Source: Oopsacas minuta
Lineage: Eukaryota > Animalia > Porifera
DNA: 64,000 nt
Assembly (NCBI GenBank): GCA_024704765.1
Contig: JAKMXF010000088.1
Span: 186,001 to 250,000, forward strand
Direction of reading: 5' to 3'
The notes under the pieces were generated by a model. The model saw only the letters and a list, made by a program, of their open reading frames with translations, was not told the DNA's origin and made no database searches. The position numbers and the translations under genes are program-made. Positions 1-13,404 of this stretch are shown one piece after another (the stretch's first letter is position 1; every line of letters begins with the position of its first letter).

Positions 1-295
1 TGCGAGGTGTATAAATTCAGGAATGTATGGACAGGAATCACAGGATTAGAACGTTCAATCCCTATTTCAAATTTACAATATTCACTAGGCTCTAACCTTG
101 ACATCAACTGAAGTCATTAATAAATTTAATGAAACGATGTATTTTTGTATTCTATATTGAAATATCTCTGGAGAAGACAGATTCGATAGTATAGTGATGA
201 TATTAATAGTAAAGTTATAGGGTCAGCAGAGTATAAATGATAATTCTATGTCGTAAGTAATATAAATACTCAAAAATTAACATAACCTTTGTAAA

Positions 296-1090
296 ATGGA
301 ACATTCTAACTATCAGCAATCTCCCTCCAACTATAATACATGTAATTTCATTAACAGTAACTGCTATCCACAGAATTCTTTTGAAGATCTCTATAACATA
401 GCTCTGTATGCGTATAATGATTCCTGTAGCTACACTGCTAATAACATTCAAGGAATTAATTCTACCTGTCAATATTCCCAATTTCCATCATTTTATGTAA
501 AAGAATTATCACCTGGAGATAACATATATAGTGAACAGGATTATATAGCTTATGAGGATAATTTATATGGAATAGAGCCGAGTTATCACAACGGGAATAC
601 TAATCAAATTGAAACAGAACGCGAATTACAAACATGCATAGATGATGTATTAAGCAAAGCTTTAAGTGGTTCAATCTTTGAAAACGGACTATTGGAACAA
701 GAAAACAATCTCCAGACACAGGAAAGAAATGATATCCTGGAGGAGATGAATGAGTTCATTAAGAGCAGTGAGAATGAAATCAGAGAGTATTGTCAAACTA
801 CGACAAGCTTCTATACAAATGGATGTAATGATTCTATAAAAAGAGAGTTAGGTGAGTGTAGAGAAGATGGTGTCGGGAAGAAACGTCCTAACTTCAGCCC
901 TGAACAGATTATGTACCTGAAGAGCTGGTTAATAAATAATAAGAACAATCCTTACCCAGATGAAGATGTCAAAGATTGGATATGTTTTCATACTAATTTA
1001 ACTCTAACACAGCTTAACTATTGGCTAGTCAATGCTAGGAGGAGGTTTCTACCAAAACTACAATCAAACTGCAATGTATTTTGTATATAA
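296..1090 (+). CDS. TALE-class homeodomain protein (TGIF/Meis-like, divergent), intronless ORF
   Basis: C-terminal KKRPNFSPEQIMYLKSWLINNKNNPYPDEDVKDWICFHTNLTLTQLNYWLVNARRRFLP (nt ~878-1054) aligns without gaps to TALE homeodomains: PYP loop and W-x-x-N-A-R-R-R recognition helix. The N-terminus is low-complexity (Y/N/Q/E-rich). Confidence 0.85.
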   Translation: MEHSNYQQSPSNYNTCNFINSNCYPQNSFEDLYNIALYAYNDSCSYTANNIQGINSTCQYSQFPSFYVKELSPGDNIYSEQDYIAYEDNLYGIEPSYHNGNTNQIETERELQTCIDDVLSKALSGSIFENGLLEQENNLQTQERNDILEEMNEFIKSSENEIREYCQTTTSFYTNGCNDSIKRELGECREDGVGKKRPNFSPEQIMYLKSWLINNKNNPYPDEDVKDWICFHTNLTLTQLNYWLVNARRRFLPKLQSNCNVFCI

Positions 1091-1399
1091 ATGCAACCAG
1101 ATGTCTCAGAACTCATGGTGTAAATTGTATTTCTACAAATTTTGTTGTACAAAATGTAACCAATTTGAACATTTTTCTAGAATTATCCCCACAATTATCT
1201 CATAGTGAAATGCTAGCTACTCCTGTGGATGTGTACATAGACATGGCCAGCGCCGCCTATTAGAGCGAGTGTGTGTAAATGACAAAGGGCAGTGGGCATC
1301 ATGGCACATCATGACGCCTACTGTTGCGTTGATAGTCGAACTGCATACAAGAATATAATGAAGGTATCCTGGGGCCTGGAAGTAGAGAGATTTGATAGT

Positions 1400-1900
1400 A
1401 AGAAGTAATAGTTCAAATATGATCCTCTTTTACCGGAAGCCAGTGTAAATGATATAGAACAGATGATATGTGATCTTAAATTTAGAAGAGAAATGAATGA
1501 ACCTTGTATTTTCTGGATCACACTTGAACGTATTGGATCCATACCAACGGGTAATATGATTGAGACATGTTTAAAAATTGCATTATGGAGTAGTTGATGA
1601 ATTGTCTTTGAGAGAAGTGTCTAGTTAGTATCGTCTGCATTAATTATTACGTATTTATTGATCAATTTCTTGAATAGGGGAGATGTATAATAGAAAAAAG
1701 AGGCCCAAGAACTGATCCCTGAGAGACTCCCATAATCTTAGAGAGAAAAGGGAAATTTGATAATGGTTGATACTTGTATGGATTTTCAGGATCAAGAGAA
1801 TACTCGTTTTCCATAGACAATTTGTGATTTCTCTCGAAGTAAGCGTTCTATCAGCACTATTCAGGGCGGGTATACAAATCCTATCCTAGTCAACCAGGTA
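1400..1900 (-). mobile_element. Degenerate, internally deleted LINE (CR1/L2-like) reverse transcriptase fragment
   Basis: Minus-strand reading gives LDPENPYKYQPLSNFPFLSKIM, GVSQGSVLGPLF and ADDT remnants, matching the non-LTR RT motifs YRPIS..LSKI, GVPQGSVLGP and YADD. Stops and deletions are present; boundaries are approximate. Confidence 0.7.
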
Positions 1901-2443
1901 CAACATGGGCTACTTAACATACGGCTCTATTTGTCACCTAGAAGACCATGAAGTGAGGAGGCAGTTTGTAATTCCCATTCTTGGGTAAATTATACTTAAC
2001 ATACCACTAATTATACTTTATATAGGCGTTATGGTATGGGGAATCCAGCAGAACCATATTAGGCGCCATTTAATCATGACGTCAGGAATTATTATCAAAA
2101 ATAGAATATAATAACTTTCTGTTGATATATTTGAATGCGTATAGATAAAGGATAGAAAAACAATAGTTTTTTCTTACTTTCAAAGATTTTCGTTCAAAAA
2201 TGATTGACTTTCCGAAAAATTCAAATTATTATAAATCAACCACATGATTAATTAAATGGAATTTCCAAGTTTGTAATTCGCATTTTGCTTCTACACAAAA
2301 TAAACTCACGCAGATTTCTTACTCATTTTACTCATTCATATTAGATATCATATTAAACTAGTATTCTAAAGATTTTTCCATTTTGATGATGTGAATTTAT
2401 GCCTCAAATTGTATATTTACTGTACTTGTCACGTCATCATTAA

Positions 2444-5442
2444 ATGGCGGCTAAACTGGTTAACTACGAAAATGGTTCCTTCGGATTCCCCATTTATTCG
2501 AAATGGAAAAATAATTCACATAAGATACTTGTGTTATTCGAGCGAATAATCGATCTATCAGTCTCGCCTCAGCCATCTACAGATTTCATACAGTGTAAAT
2601 CGCTTTCTCTATGTCCACCACCTCCACAAAGTACAACCAAATCATTGATTGTGAGTTATAGTCTCGACTCTTTCTCAATAGTGGATTTGCCATCTCTTCA
2701 AACTGCCACAATTTATCGAGATATTGTCCATTGCCTGGAATCTGCGTCTTCTTTTCATGATAATCATGAAGGAATATGTTGGGAGTCAATTGAACAGGAT
2801 TTGTTAGATGATAGGCTAATGGTAATTTGGTCTTCAGCTGCACAGGCCCATCTCATTACTATGATTTGAGAGATGAGCAATACAGTATCGACCTTTGCGG
2901 ATGTAATGATAGTAGTAGTTTAGTCGAATATTATTATTACAACAATCACCAGGTTCAGTTGTGGATTGATGGTTGTAACTTTTACCGTTATCGGAGTCCA
3001 AATTCTTACGAATGTTTTTGGGAATTTGAAAGCATTGAATTTGTACAGTGTAGTTCATTCATAAATAATTTTCCAAAAAGTCAGTATGAACATCAAGTCA
3101 TTGAGCAGACAGCCATGTTGCTAATGTGGATAGTTCTACATAAAATTGATTGTAAATCAACTATTTTGTTTGAGAATAAGTACTTACTTCTGACCAAAGA
3201 TCAGATGAGTTTATTTATTCATTGGGTAGTCAAATTGCGAGACCAGTTTTCCTGTATTGGTATTGAGGCATTTAAAGCTCTCTATACTAATTGCATTAAT
3301 GCTAGGATATGCGGAATAGAAATTTCCCCGGATTGTCACCAACCCCTGGCTCTGAAAAATACTCCTCATCTTCGTGTTGATGAGGATTTTGAAGATGAAG
3401 ATCCTATCAAATGCAACAATATTATCTCAAATACAGTTAATGACCAAATAGCCCCGTTATCTGATAAATCTGATGTATTTCTTATGACACCAGAGTCAAA
3501 CGTCAATGGAGAATTTCTTCTTGAGATTGGTGAATGGGATAGTATTCATTTTATCGATTTACAAGGTAGAGATATGTTGAATAGAGATTGGACAGCTGTG
3601 TTTAGCAATAAAATATCTAAAATATATCCAGCATGTGTTCTTAAATTTAACAATTATTGGTTTAAAAAGTCTTCCAGCCGAAAAATAAATGCGCACTACT
3701 TTCGAGCATCTGCTGAATGCAAGTTTTATAATTGTTACAAATTTGAGTTTTGTGTTGACGAGCTTGTAACTACGAATACAATCACAATACAATATGTAGT
3801 AAGTGGTTCACTCTCCTTGCAACATTCTGATGGAGAGACTGTACATGCACGTCATATATCTGGTAGTTCGCGAAAAATTATGGAGAAAGTCTTCAGCACA
3901 CATCTGTCACAAATATTTTTGATAAACAGTTCAACTGTAAAGTAGCTCAATGGAATATTGTAGAGGTAATTTTCTAACCTGAGGTCTCAAGAATGCTTAA
4001 GACAGATAAAAACTGAAGCTATATCATCCAATAGATTTTCTAATGATCTAATTACAGATATTTTTATCACTCAAGAATATTATAGTAACTTATTGAGTGA
4101 AAAGCCAATACCTGGCTACATTCAATATTTTGTTAAGGAACCCTTCATTATGCATCTATATATGAAGAGGCAGATAGAAGTGTTGAAACATTTAACTAAA
4201 GATATAGTTTTGCATTTGGATGCTACAGGTTCCATTATACGTAACCTCAGTTTTGCACCAAATCTATTTATTATTATGCTTTAACTCTACAACATCCCGA
4301 CTACCACATTACACCTATCCTTGTAGCAGAAATGATAAGTTCGGACCAAGGAACTGCTGAGATAACCCACTTCCTTAACAAATGGTACTTGAATTCAAAG
4401 TTAATTCTACACAAAGAAATATTCATAACAAGAGTGGAAATAGATTACAGTTGGGCATTGATTCATAGCACATGCATCGCATTTAATAAAATTAATATTT
4501 TAGGGTATTTAGAGAGTTGTTGGAGAAATGTAAATTCAGACGAAAGATCGCGGTTGATGTGGATGTCTTCACTGTAATTCATTTATGTTCTGCTCACGTA
4601 ATGCATAAGTTGAGTCAGAACTTGTCAAAAACATTCAAATTCGATAAAACTCTAAAACAACTAATCCTGCATGTCTTTGCTGCAATTTTGAGAAGTATTA
4701 CGATGAGAGAAATAAATCGACTTTTCATATTACTGTGTAATGTTTTATCTGTTGAGCATTCAACCGAAATTGTCAGTTCAAGTTTAGTAGAGTTAAACGA
4801 TTTAGTGAAGGGTAAAATAGAATTACAGTTAGAAAACGAAGGAAAATTTGAACTTGATACTGACACGAAAGAGGATCCTACCACTTATCGTTGTAAATCA
4901 CCATTTGGTAGACATTTCGATACTCTGAGAAAAAAATAATTGCACAGATCATGTAATTCACAAAGGCAATCGATCAAATCCATGTTATTCTCTGGAAGTT
5001 TAGAATATCTGCTGACATATTATATGCCAATTGTACCTCTTTGGACTGGAATTATACTGTCTAGGAGCAATGAAAACCTGTGTAAGGCTAGTAATGCAAA
5101 TGCAGAAAATTGGTTCAGAATAGTCAAACATCCAATTTTAGAAACGAAGGTAAACCTAAGAGCTGGCGATTTTATACGTACAATGTATGAATATGTGAAT
5201 GACAGAATTGATGATTTAATTTTGGATTTCATCCTTTGGCTACCAACATATTTAAAAGTAGGAAAAGGAAATTAGAAATACAAAATGAAGAAAATTCCAA
5301 AGAAAAATGGTGTCGCAGAAGTAAATGCCAACAGAGTTACATCAATCCTAATCTAAGTAGGGTAGATAAAGTTGTTGAAGCAATAAATGTAAATAAAATG
5401 GGAGGGAAAGCTAATAATAAGAGAAAAATTCTGATTTTGTAA
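2444..5442 (+). pseudogene. Frameshifted Mutator/Foldback (NOF-FB-like) transposase
   Basis: Consecutive plus-strand ORFs in shifting frames (2444, 2827, 4093, 4332, 4517, 4940, 5236) carry LHLDATGS (first D), EIDYSWAL (second D), HLCSAH (MULE CxxH) and NAENWF (likely E). The upstream CVLKF..RK..YF..A.C..C segment resembles NOF-like proteins. Confidence 0.7.
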
Positions 5443-5678
5443 TTCCACACAAAAAAAGGAATATTGACAAAGATTTTGTAAGAAACACGAGCCCAGATGT
5501 TTGTTGTCCTCTCAGTTAATAACGTTGAAATTATAACAGATTTGGCTCTAATAGAATTGTCACTTTAAATTATGATCTTCCAAGTTATAATCCCATCTCC
5601 CACACAGGAAAGTTAGATATTTGTAACACGTTACTTAATGTCAGGGTAAGTCTAGGAATAAATAATATTAATAGTCAA

Positions 5679-6164
5679 ATGAACAGGCCGTTGAATTATT
5701 ATATACCTAGCAGAACTCAGTATATTCCTGGAGATGGGAACTGCTTATTTTCTTCCTTAGCATATTCCGTGTCAGGCTCGCCAGATAATTCTCATATAAT
5801 ACGTAAATGCATTGTAGACAGTATGTCAAGTTCGCTAAAAGAAAAATGTGGAAAATTTATTACTAACAAATACCCAAATACTTATAGGAACACAATAGAT
5901 TATATAAATAAAACAAACATCAAAGGCAATGGAGTATGGGGTGGAGATTTGGAACTATTTACAGCAGCGCTTCTATTTAAGACTGACATATGGGTGTGTA
6001 TGAAAGAGACTGGAAATAGTTGGAATGTATTCTCCGGCAAAGGTTCTTCATTTGATGAGGTATTGAATTTTCCTCCCGCTAATGCTAATGGATCAATATA
6101 TATTGTACATACAGGTAATCACTATGAACCTGTTTTAGAAATTTTAGACAAGATTATAGTATAG
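5679..6164 (+). CDS. OTU-like cysteine protease domain, probably part of the adjacent transposon
   Basis: IPGDGNCLFSSLAY (catalytic D/C), WGGDLEL and GNHYEPV (catalytic H) are canonical OTU motifs. A GTAAGT donor at ~5646 suggests this may be a spliced exon. Confidence 0.85.
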   Translation: MNRPLNYYIPSRTQYIPGDGNCLFSSLAYSVSGSPDNSHIIRKCIVDSMSSSLKEKCGKFITNKYPNTYRNTIDYINKTNIKGNGVWGGDLELFTAALLFKTDIWVCMKETGNSWNVFSGKGSSFDEVLNFPPANANGSIYIVHTGNHYEPVLEILDKIIV

Positions 6165-7228
6165 GTACAACAATAGAGGTCTAGTAATATTTGATTCCTC
6201 AAATATAGCTTAGCTATAATACAGTTTTTCGTAATAATACAAAAACCCCATGTCAACAGAATAACGATGAAATTTGTAAATTGTTGGAAAGTAAATTGGA
6301 GGGCGATAGAAATAGACTTTGATGACAGCAAAAGTGAAGGTAATATGATCTAACCTAGAATATATATGTGAGTCATTATAGCTTCAAAACTTCTGCTGCC
6401 TACTTGAGAGGTACACAACTAAATACATCAACTCAACTCGTAACACAACAAATCAAGACTATGCAAAGAACATATAATCTTATAATCTGATGTATTCTGT
6501 GAATTTTGACCACTGTTTTCGTATTTATTGAACTGAATATCAATTCACCAATAAATAAAACTATATTTAGATTCACAAATCATTTCGTATTACATCAAAC
6601 AGTTGATATTGCAGTAATCTATATGCGTTACTATAGTTAGAATGGATTAGAATGTTTCATTAAATTTGTGTGCTTAGTACAAATCTAATAGAGACTCGAT
6701 TCTAACAAGCCAGTTTTCAAATGTAAATATCTCAAAAAGTTTTGTTTATTTTACCATAATATTTTAAACACATAAACGTCCATACAGCAGGAATACATGC
6801 CCATGATTTCAGGAAAAAATAATTTGTTTAAGTATACTAAATTCATATGTGAACTACTGCTGGTTAGATACACCAATTTCTATTAGAAAAAATTCAAGTT
6901 TATAAAATATAAATTTATTTCAGAAACGTCCGTATTTCTTCTTTCGAATGGCCAAAAAATATTTACATTCTGACTATGGGAAGTTGGTCAAATTAATGGT
7001 TGAAGTACTGCTGGTCGAATATTCAGCCAACTTCACACTCGTCTCTCAAATCCTATTTTGGGAAACCCTAGAGCCGCGGTTCTCAACCTTCTCACCAGTG
7101 GACCCCTATACCAATTTCAACACATTATGTAGACCCACTGCTATCCTTTGTGGACCACAATTGAGTCCATGGAGCCTAAGCTGGTAATCACTACCTTGGA
7201 GCCATAAAAACAGCATAAGTATAGTACT

Positions 7229-8460
7229 CTATAAATAGCATGAGGAAAGAAAACGAAAAATATGAGAATAACAATTAGAAGAATTGTAGTGAGAATCCTT
7301 CTTGTCCACTACAACAATACGACCCTCCTCGTTAATGTCAATGCAATGTGGACAGCAGAATTCTCCTGGTCCTGTCCCTTCATGTCCAATACTAGTCACA
7401 ATATGTGCCTCTATTGAGATTACTTTAATGGTATGTGCTCCATAGTTACTAACTATAATGTTTTGATGCCTGTCTAGACAGAAACGGGAAGGATTAGTGA
7501 GTAGTTCCTGTGACGCAATCACTTGAAAGAGGTTCCCATCTCTTGAAAATAATTGTACCAGATAGTCACACTTCTCAAACAGGACTATGAATAGAGATGG
7601 AGTTGTTCTTAGGTCCCAGAGCCTTGTGTCTTGTGTTATGTGAGGAGAGTTAAGTGCTGTTATCTTGATTATGCTCAAATCATCCAAACTGTAATGAGCT
7701 ATGTGATTAACTTCACACATTCCTGTCTACAGTGTATCTACGTCAGCTGTAATACCGGATATGGCATAACCTGTTACTACTCAGCTATGCCTAACGGCGT
7801 CAAACAAGGTGTCATTTGGCTAGGGGTTAATAATATCCCCAACATATTCGAATGACCACTCTAACGACGTGACGACGTCTGTAAAAATGGTCGTTGTATT
7901 ATTTACCTTAGAGTTAAGCCAAAACTTTCGCTAGTTGGATTAGACGCATCAATTCTCCTTACACCTTATCCAGCTTGAGAATACGATGTGGATTATAACA
8001 TCTAACAAACAGCTGATGAGGTGTTACAGCTATATCAAAAGGGTAAGACATTACATATGGTTTAACGGTCCTCTTATAAGAGCCATCTTTACAGAACACC
8101 TGAATTATATTAACCATACCATCACATACATAAATATCTCCGTTATCTCTATCTATTGAGAGACCAAAAGGATAATATATCTCATCACTTCCATCTTCTT
8201 GGTTGACACCAGACCACACTGGTTTGTGTCTGTTCACGTAGGGCACTCCCTCAACTACGCGACACAATCCTCCCATACCACCTTCCAACCACTCGTCATG
8301 CTATTCGAGCCACACAGATGAAATCCGGTCAACAATCACCCACTTGAATTTTCTGGTCCAACTCTCTTGACACATTTTTCAGAATTTCATTCAACTCATT
8401 TTGCACCAAATTTGTATAACCTCAGCTTTGGTGGTTAGCAGCTGATGTCGTTTTTCTAAC
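7229..8460 (-). pseudogene. Coiled-coil + NHL-repeat pseudogene
   Basis: Fragments 7959..8288 (YPFGLSIDRDNGDIYVCD) and 7229..7720 (GHEGTGPGEFCCPHCIDINEEGRIVVVD) are NHL repeats. They are broken by stops, frameshifts and a non-coding stretch at ~7720-7950. A coiled-coil remnant lies at ~8300-8460. Confidence 0.75.
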
Positions 8461-9982
8461 ACATGGGATCTCTTCTTAACATGACGTGCTAATAATTTAT
8501 TCGTTGACCGCTGGCTCTCAGCGGTGATAATAGAGGTGTTAGTCCGCATTCGGATGAATTAGTTTGGTCGTTTAGGATATTATTGAGAACGTTTACAAAC
8601 CCTTCTTTCATTTTGGCACTGTAATATCTGATTCTGGAACTGACATTTAGTTGGACCAATTCTATATATAATTTATTGAATGATACTAAAATAGCGACAA
8701 ATTGTGCATCAATTAATTAAGCATAGGGGAAACGATGAGGACATGCCCCATTTGATGTCTAACACCTAAATATGATCTTCCGATTAATATTGAGCTAACA
8801 CCCAGGATTGTGCCCATATGGTTCATGCCACAATTTTGAAGTTTATATCATGTTAAGTAAATTAGGGAGAATTAATTCAGAATTGCTGGGAGTGAGAATT
8901 CCTACGTGAGAAATCCTATGGGAATTCCCATAGAGATCTTGAAATTCCATTCTCATGCGGCAACCGTGAGAATTTATAAATTAGACTATGATGATAATTT
9001 AAGAGCTAAACAGTTATTATTCTTATTTCAGTAATATAATTATGAACTAAAAATGGGACATCAATTTCTTAACACCTTGTACTGCTGTACATACGTGAAG
9101 TTAGAAAATACCTGATAGCAGTCAATCGATGGTAGCTTTCGATTGTTATCACCCCAAGGATAAGTTAGAATCGATTGAAGATTTGGGACGGCGCTTCGCA
9201 GGTCAATCGCGCTCATTTCCGCTACACTCGTTCGCGTATAATAATTAAGGAGGTAAGGAAGATTAAATAAGTAATTTAGACTATAGACAGGATACTTTTA
9301 TATTAAAATCACAACAATAATACAAAATGGATAGATTCGTTTCAAAATAGAAATGTTTCGAAAAGTCACATATCGGATTCATATTAATTATAACTTGTGA
9401 CAGCATCAAAATTCTAACTAATGCAGCGTCAACAGTTTATTCAATTGAGTTACTAAATTACAACTAAAACTATCAACAACCTCAAACTCTTGTTGTTCTG
9501 TTTCCGTAAGTCGTGAATTACCATACAAATGAAACGTAAATGATTAAATTCTCATGAAAATTTAGATAATTATTGAAAATGTCAAGCAGACAGAGTGGGA
9601 GTAGAGCTCTGACATCTGGGTGATGTTTCTATTTAATGAACAGGGAGAAGAGTACTATTGAATCTATATTTATAGAGATACAGATTATTTGTGTAAAATT
9701 CACGCCTATGACGAAATTATGGCGTATTTGTCACCTTTTTGTAATTTCCACAAAAATTATCCCCGAGGCAGTAGTGCCGACTATATCCCATCGCGTAGCG
9801 CAGCATCAAGAAATGAAGTTGTTTAATATATTAGACTTGAGGCCTTAAACTGTCGCACAGCGACCTAGCAAACGAAGCGTGCTATGAATATAATAATTTA
9901 CACATATAAATTACTCTAAAATAAGACACCAAATCTCTAAATCAATTCAAATAATAACATATATAATCGATCTCTTTCAAAA

Positions 9983-11173
9983 CTAGAAAATTTGTAGTCC
10001 ATAGTTATTGTTATTAGACGAGACAATGAGTCTAGCATTGCTTGTAGTAACGATACCATAAGGACGAGAGAACTCTCCTTTACCATGGCCAACTTTCCCA
10101 ATCGTGCATACCAACACTCCTGCTTGATTATATATCAGAATAGTATTAGTTGTCCAATTGGAGATTAGGATATTATTCGCTACATCTAGACAGAAGAATA
10201 AAGTGGCGCCTCCACCATATGCAATAACACATTTAAGGTAATCACCAGTAAAATTGAATTGGTGAACTTTCTCAGGAATGTTGTAGCATAAAACAAACAT
10301 CTTATCCTTCGCGAACTTTATATCAACAGGCTTAATTACGCTTTCATGCGAAATAAATCTTTCGAAGTTTAATTCTGAGTCTAAAATTGATATTCTACTA
10401 TTCTTATTCTCTGGTATAAACAGACATCCATCTGTTCTCACTGCTATCTGCATTGGGAAATGAAATTCACCTTTACCTGATCCTTCCTGTCCTGTCTTCA
10501 TTAAGAATTTATAATTAAAACGCTGATACTTCAGGACAGAACATTGATTCCTATCTGACACATAAATATATGATTCATTCAGTGCTATGCCCCATGGATT
10601 CACTAGCTCATTAGAACCAAAATCGTTGACGAATTCACCTGATGAGGTGAATATCTTTATTGAAGAATTATCAGAAACAAAAATCAAGCCAGACCCCTCT
10701 TCATAAGCAATACCTCTTGGTCCATCGAACTCATCTCTTCCACTACCTTCCTTCCCTACAGCTACAACAGGCATCTTCATTACAGAATAATTAGGTACTA
10801 TCAGTTCACTAGCTTTAATGATTTTACCTAACTTGCTAATCTCTTGTTCAATAATGTGAGAATTGATTTGGAAATCTAATTCAAAAGATGTAGTAGAGAG
10901 AGTTAGTTTATGAAGTTTCTCTTCAATCTCAGAAATATTTATTGTTTGTAAAGTATCTGCTGTCTTTTGTTTCATAACTTCCAAATTTTTCTCAGTTTGT
11001 AACATATCTGCTGTGAACTTATCATACTCATTCCGATAATCATTGAGCTCAGTTAATAGAGATATCTTTCTACTAAGTACAAGCTGAACCAGTTTATCAA
11101 ATGCACCTTCTATCTGTTTAGCAACTTTATCCAGTGGGTGACAATTTTGGTTTTCATCGATAATACTAGCCAT
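9983..11173 (-). CDS. Coiled-coil + NHL-repeat beta-propeller protein (TRIM-NHL-like, no RING/B-box)
   Basis: Open 396-aa frame from the ATG at 11173 (the ORF track starts at an upstream TTG). Helical N-terminus followed by repeats such as FDGPRGIA, GEFHFPMQIAV and GEFSRPYGIV. Confidence 0.88.
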   Translation of the reverse strand: MASIIDENQNCHPLDKVAKQIEGAFDKLVQLVLSRKISLLTELNDYRNEYDKFTADMLQTEKNLEVMKQKTADTLQTINISEIEEKLHKLTLSTTSFELDFQINSHIIEQEISKLGKIIKASELIVPNYSVMKMPVVAVGKEGSGRDEFDGPRGIAYEEGSGLIFVSDNSSIKIFTSSGEFVNDFGSNELVNPWGIALNESYIYVSDRNQCSVLKYQRFNYKFLMKTGQEGSGKGEFHFPMQIAVRTDGCLFIPENKNSRISILDSELNFERFISHESVIKPVDIKFAKDKMFVLCYNIPEKVHQFNFTGDYLKCVIAYGGGATLFFCLDVANNILISNWTTNTILIYNQAGVLVCTIGKVGHGKGEFSRPYGIVTTSNARLIVSSNNNNYGLQIF

Positions 11174-11302
11174 CAACGATAGCTAGATTAGGTTTCTTAA
11201 TAGTTAGAGTAATCAAATAAAGAGAAATTACAGTATGCCGACAGCATAGTATATTCATCATGAGTACACTATGCTCACAGTCGTAAGTGATAACGGGAAT
11301 TG

Positions 11303-11670
11303 CAGGGCAGTAGCCACTGGTCAGGTTGGTCAGGTTATCAAGTAAATGTTAATTAGATGATAACCTGACCAACCTGACTGAGTGGTCAGTTTAACCTAAC
11401 CAGGTCGGGTTTCATCTAATTGTGAATTACCAGTATTTAACCAGTTTACATGAGCCAAGCATAGTAATGTAGTAGGCTCTTAGTTAACAAGCCTTTTCTT
11501 TTATTTCTTTGCGAAATACGTATGATTATATTCCGACTTACTATTGACCTGATCTCAACACATAACTACTATCTGAGATCGATTTAGATCCTTCTTGGCG
11601 TTTTGTTAGGTTCGTACTATATCTAGCCTGGTCTAACCGGACCACTTTTATTTTGGTGGCTACGGCCCTG
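11303..11670. mobile_element. hAT-type MITE
   Basis: TIRs cagggcagtagccact / ggtggctacggccctg (reverse complement cagggccgtagccacc) and internal ggtcaggtt/aacctgacc subterminal repeats. No clean 8-bp TSD. Confidence 0.65.
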
Positions 11671-13404
11671 AATTGTAATCGGTGCAGGGCTTAATTACAT
11701 TACAGATTCATCATGGTTATTTGTAGTAATTTTGAGCAAGAAGATTTCAAAGATTGATACAAAATAAACGATATTACAAGGGCAAAAGCAAGTGTTTGGT
11801 ACTCGTTTTTTATACATAGCATTCAGTCAACCTTTGAGAATGTTCCTAAAGATGTTTTTACGGAAATTATGAATATCCTAAAATGAATTGACCATGAGTC
11901 GGGGAGGCTTATATTATTTTCGGAATCCGATTTACTATATTACTGATGTATTCGCGTTTATTGGCATTTGTATTGCATGAAAGTGATAGATATTTGTCTA
12001 CGTGACTAAGAGACTTGTTTCAGCTGGAGTCTCGAGTCCTTCTACATTCCACAAAGGAAAAAAGGTGTGAAATATGCGACATAGTGACGTAAGATGATAA
12101 AAAGGTATGTAACGTCAATATATATATATATATCTTAGACACTAGATTATTTTTCGATGTAATAATGAAACATCTATTTGGGAAAAAATCAGAGAAACAA
12201 AAATTTTTCGGAATTTTTTCGAAAAACATTTAAGGTATCGATGGCGCACCAAATGTAAATATGTGAGATTTTTGAAAATTCTTTGAAAATAATGTATGAG
12301 GAGATAATTTTTCACAGATTTACAAAAAATCAACGATGTTTTTGAAAAATCTCAACTTTTCTCGAAAATTCTTAAAGCCAAGCCCATTCAAACACCGTTT
12401 TAATGCTAAGTCATCATATATATTTACAATTCTGATCAGGGTTGATTGATTTAATAATTTAAATATTCATATATTATTATCGTATTTACCGTGATGGCGT
12501 TCAATATACAAAAATTTAATTATTCAATTGGGCTATTCTTAACACTTTCTGGAAATCATAGAATTGAATTCCAAACTTTACTAAATACAATGCAAATACG
12601 AAAAGAGACACATCGTATATGTATATAACAACAACAGTAGTAAAAATTGATAATTATTAGTATTTTCGATTCATGGCATGAAGGAAACAAGACCCTATAT
12701 GGATATTTTCAACATTTGGATACATACATTCCAATATAAGGAATAGACTTGGAATCGAGGATGTGGCAAAACTAGCGTTTATCTACAGAATGCTCAATTT
12801 ACATGTATCTAAATATAACTCCGATGATATATAAACATTATTAAATTTTCATATTCATACTGAGTTAAGATTTCGCAAAAATAAACTATTAAACCATCTG
12901 ATTCTCAGTATATTTGATGTATTAGTCAAAAGATCTGATAAATATTACAAAAACACAATAAAATCAAAAAAATTTGATTTTTTGATTTTGTTAAAAAACA
13001 AATCATGATTTTTATCAACCCTTATTTAATTTATTTCTAATGACATTTTGGTATTCCACCAACGCTATACTTTCGAATAATAACAAGTTTTTCCCTAGCT
13101 ATACAGAAAGTCAATCAAATAAACGATTGAAGTGGACACGTTCTGATAATTTTGATTTGCTGCTATATTCGTCTTCGTCCCCAAAGCCCTTAGCCGTAAG
13201 TAAATGTTTCGCCGCTGAATACACTCAGTTTAGTTTTCGAAGATATTTAGCATATTGCTACAGTAGCCACACTGTCTAGCGTCACATAATACAATTAGTA
13301 TGTATGTGGCATAAATGGCATGAGAGTTAGAATACCGAGCAGAGTATGTATTATATTATATAATCAAGGTAAGTCAATTTTGTGAATATATTAAATTAGT
13401 TAGT

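Noticed and set aside
2041-7060. Terminal inverted repeats and TSD for the NOF-like element
   Set aside because: Only short ccagcag-type echoes were found (~2045 vs ~6857 and ~7008), too weak to define ends, so element boundaries are not claimed.
7074-7200. Isolated hAT-like termini (also ~25103, ~31640, ~33775, ~45300, ~54087, ~56368)
   Set aside because: Single ends without a matching TIR or TSD. They are probably MITE debris and too fragmentary to annotate individually.
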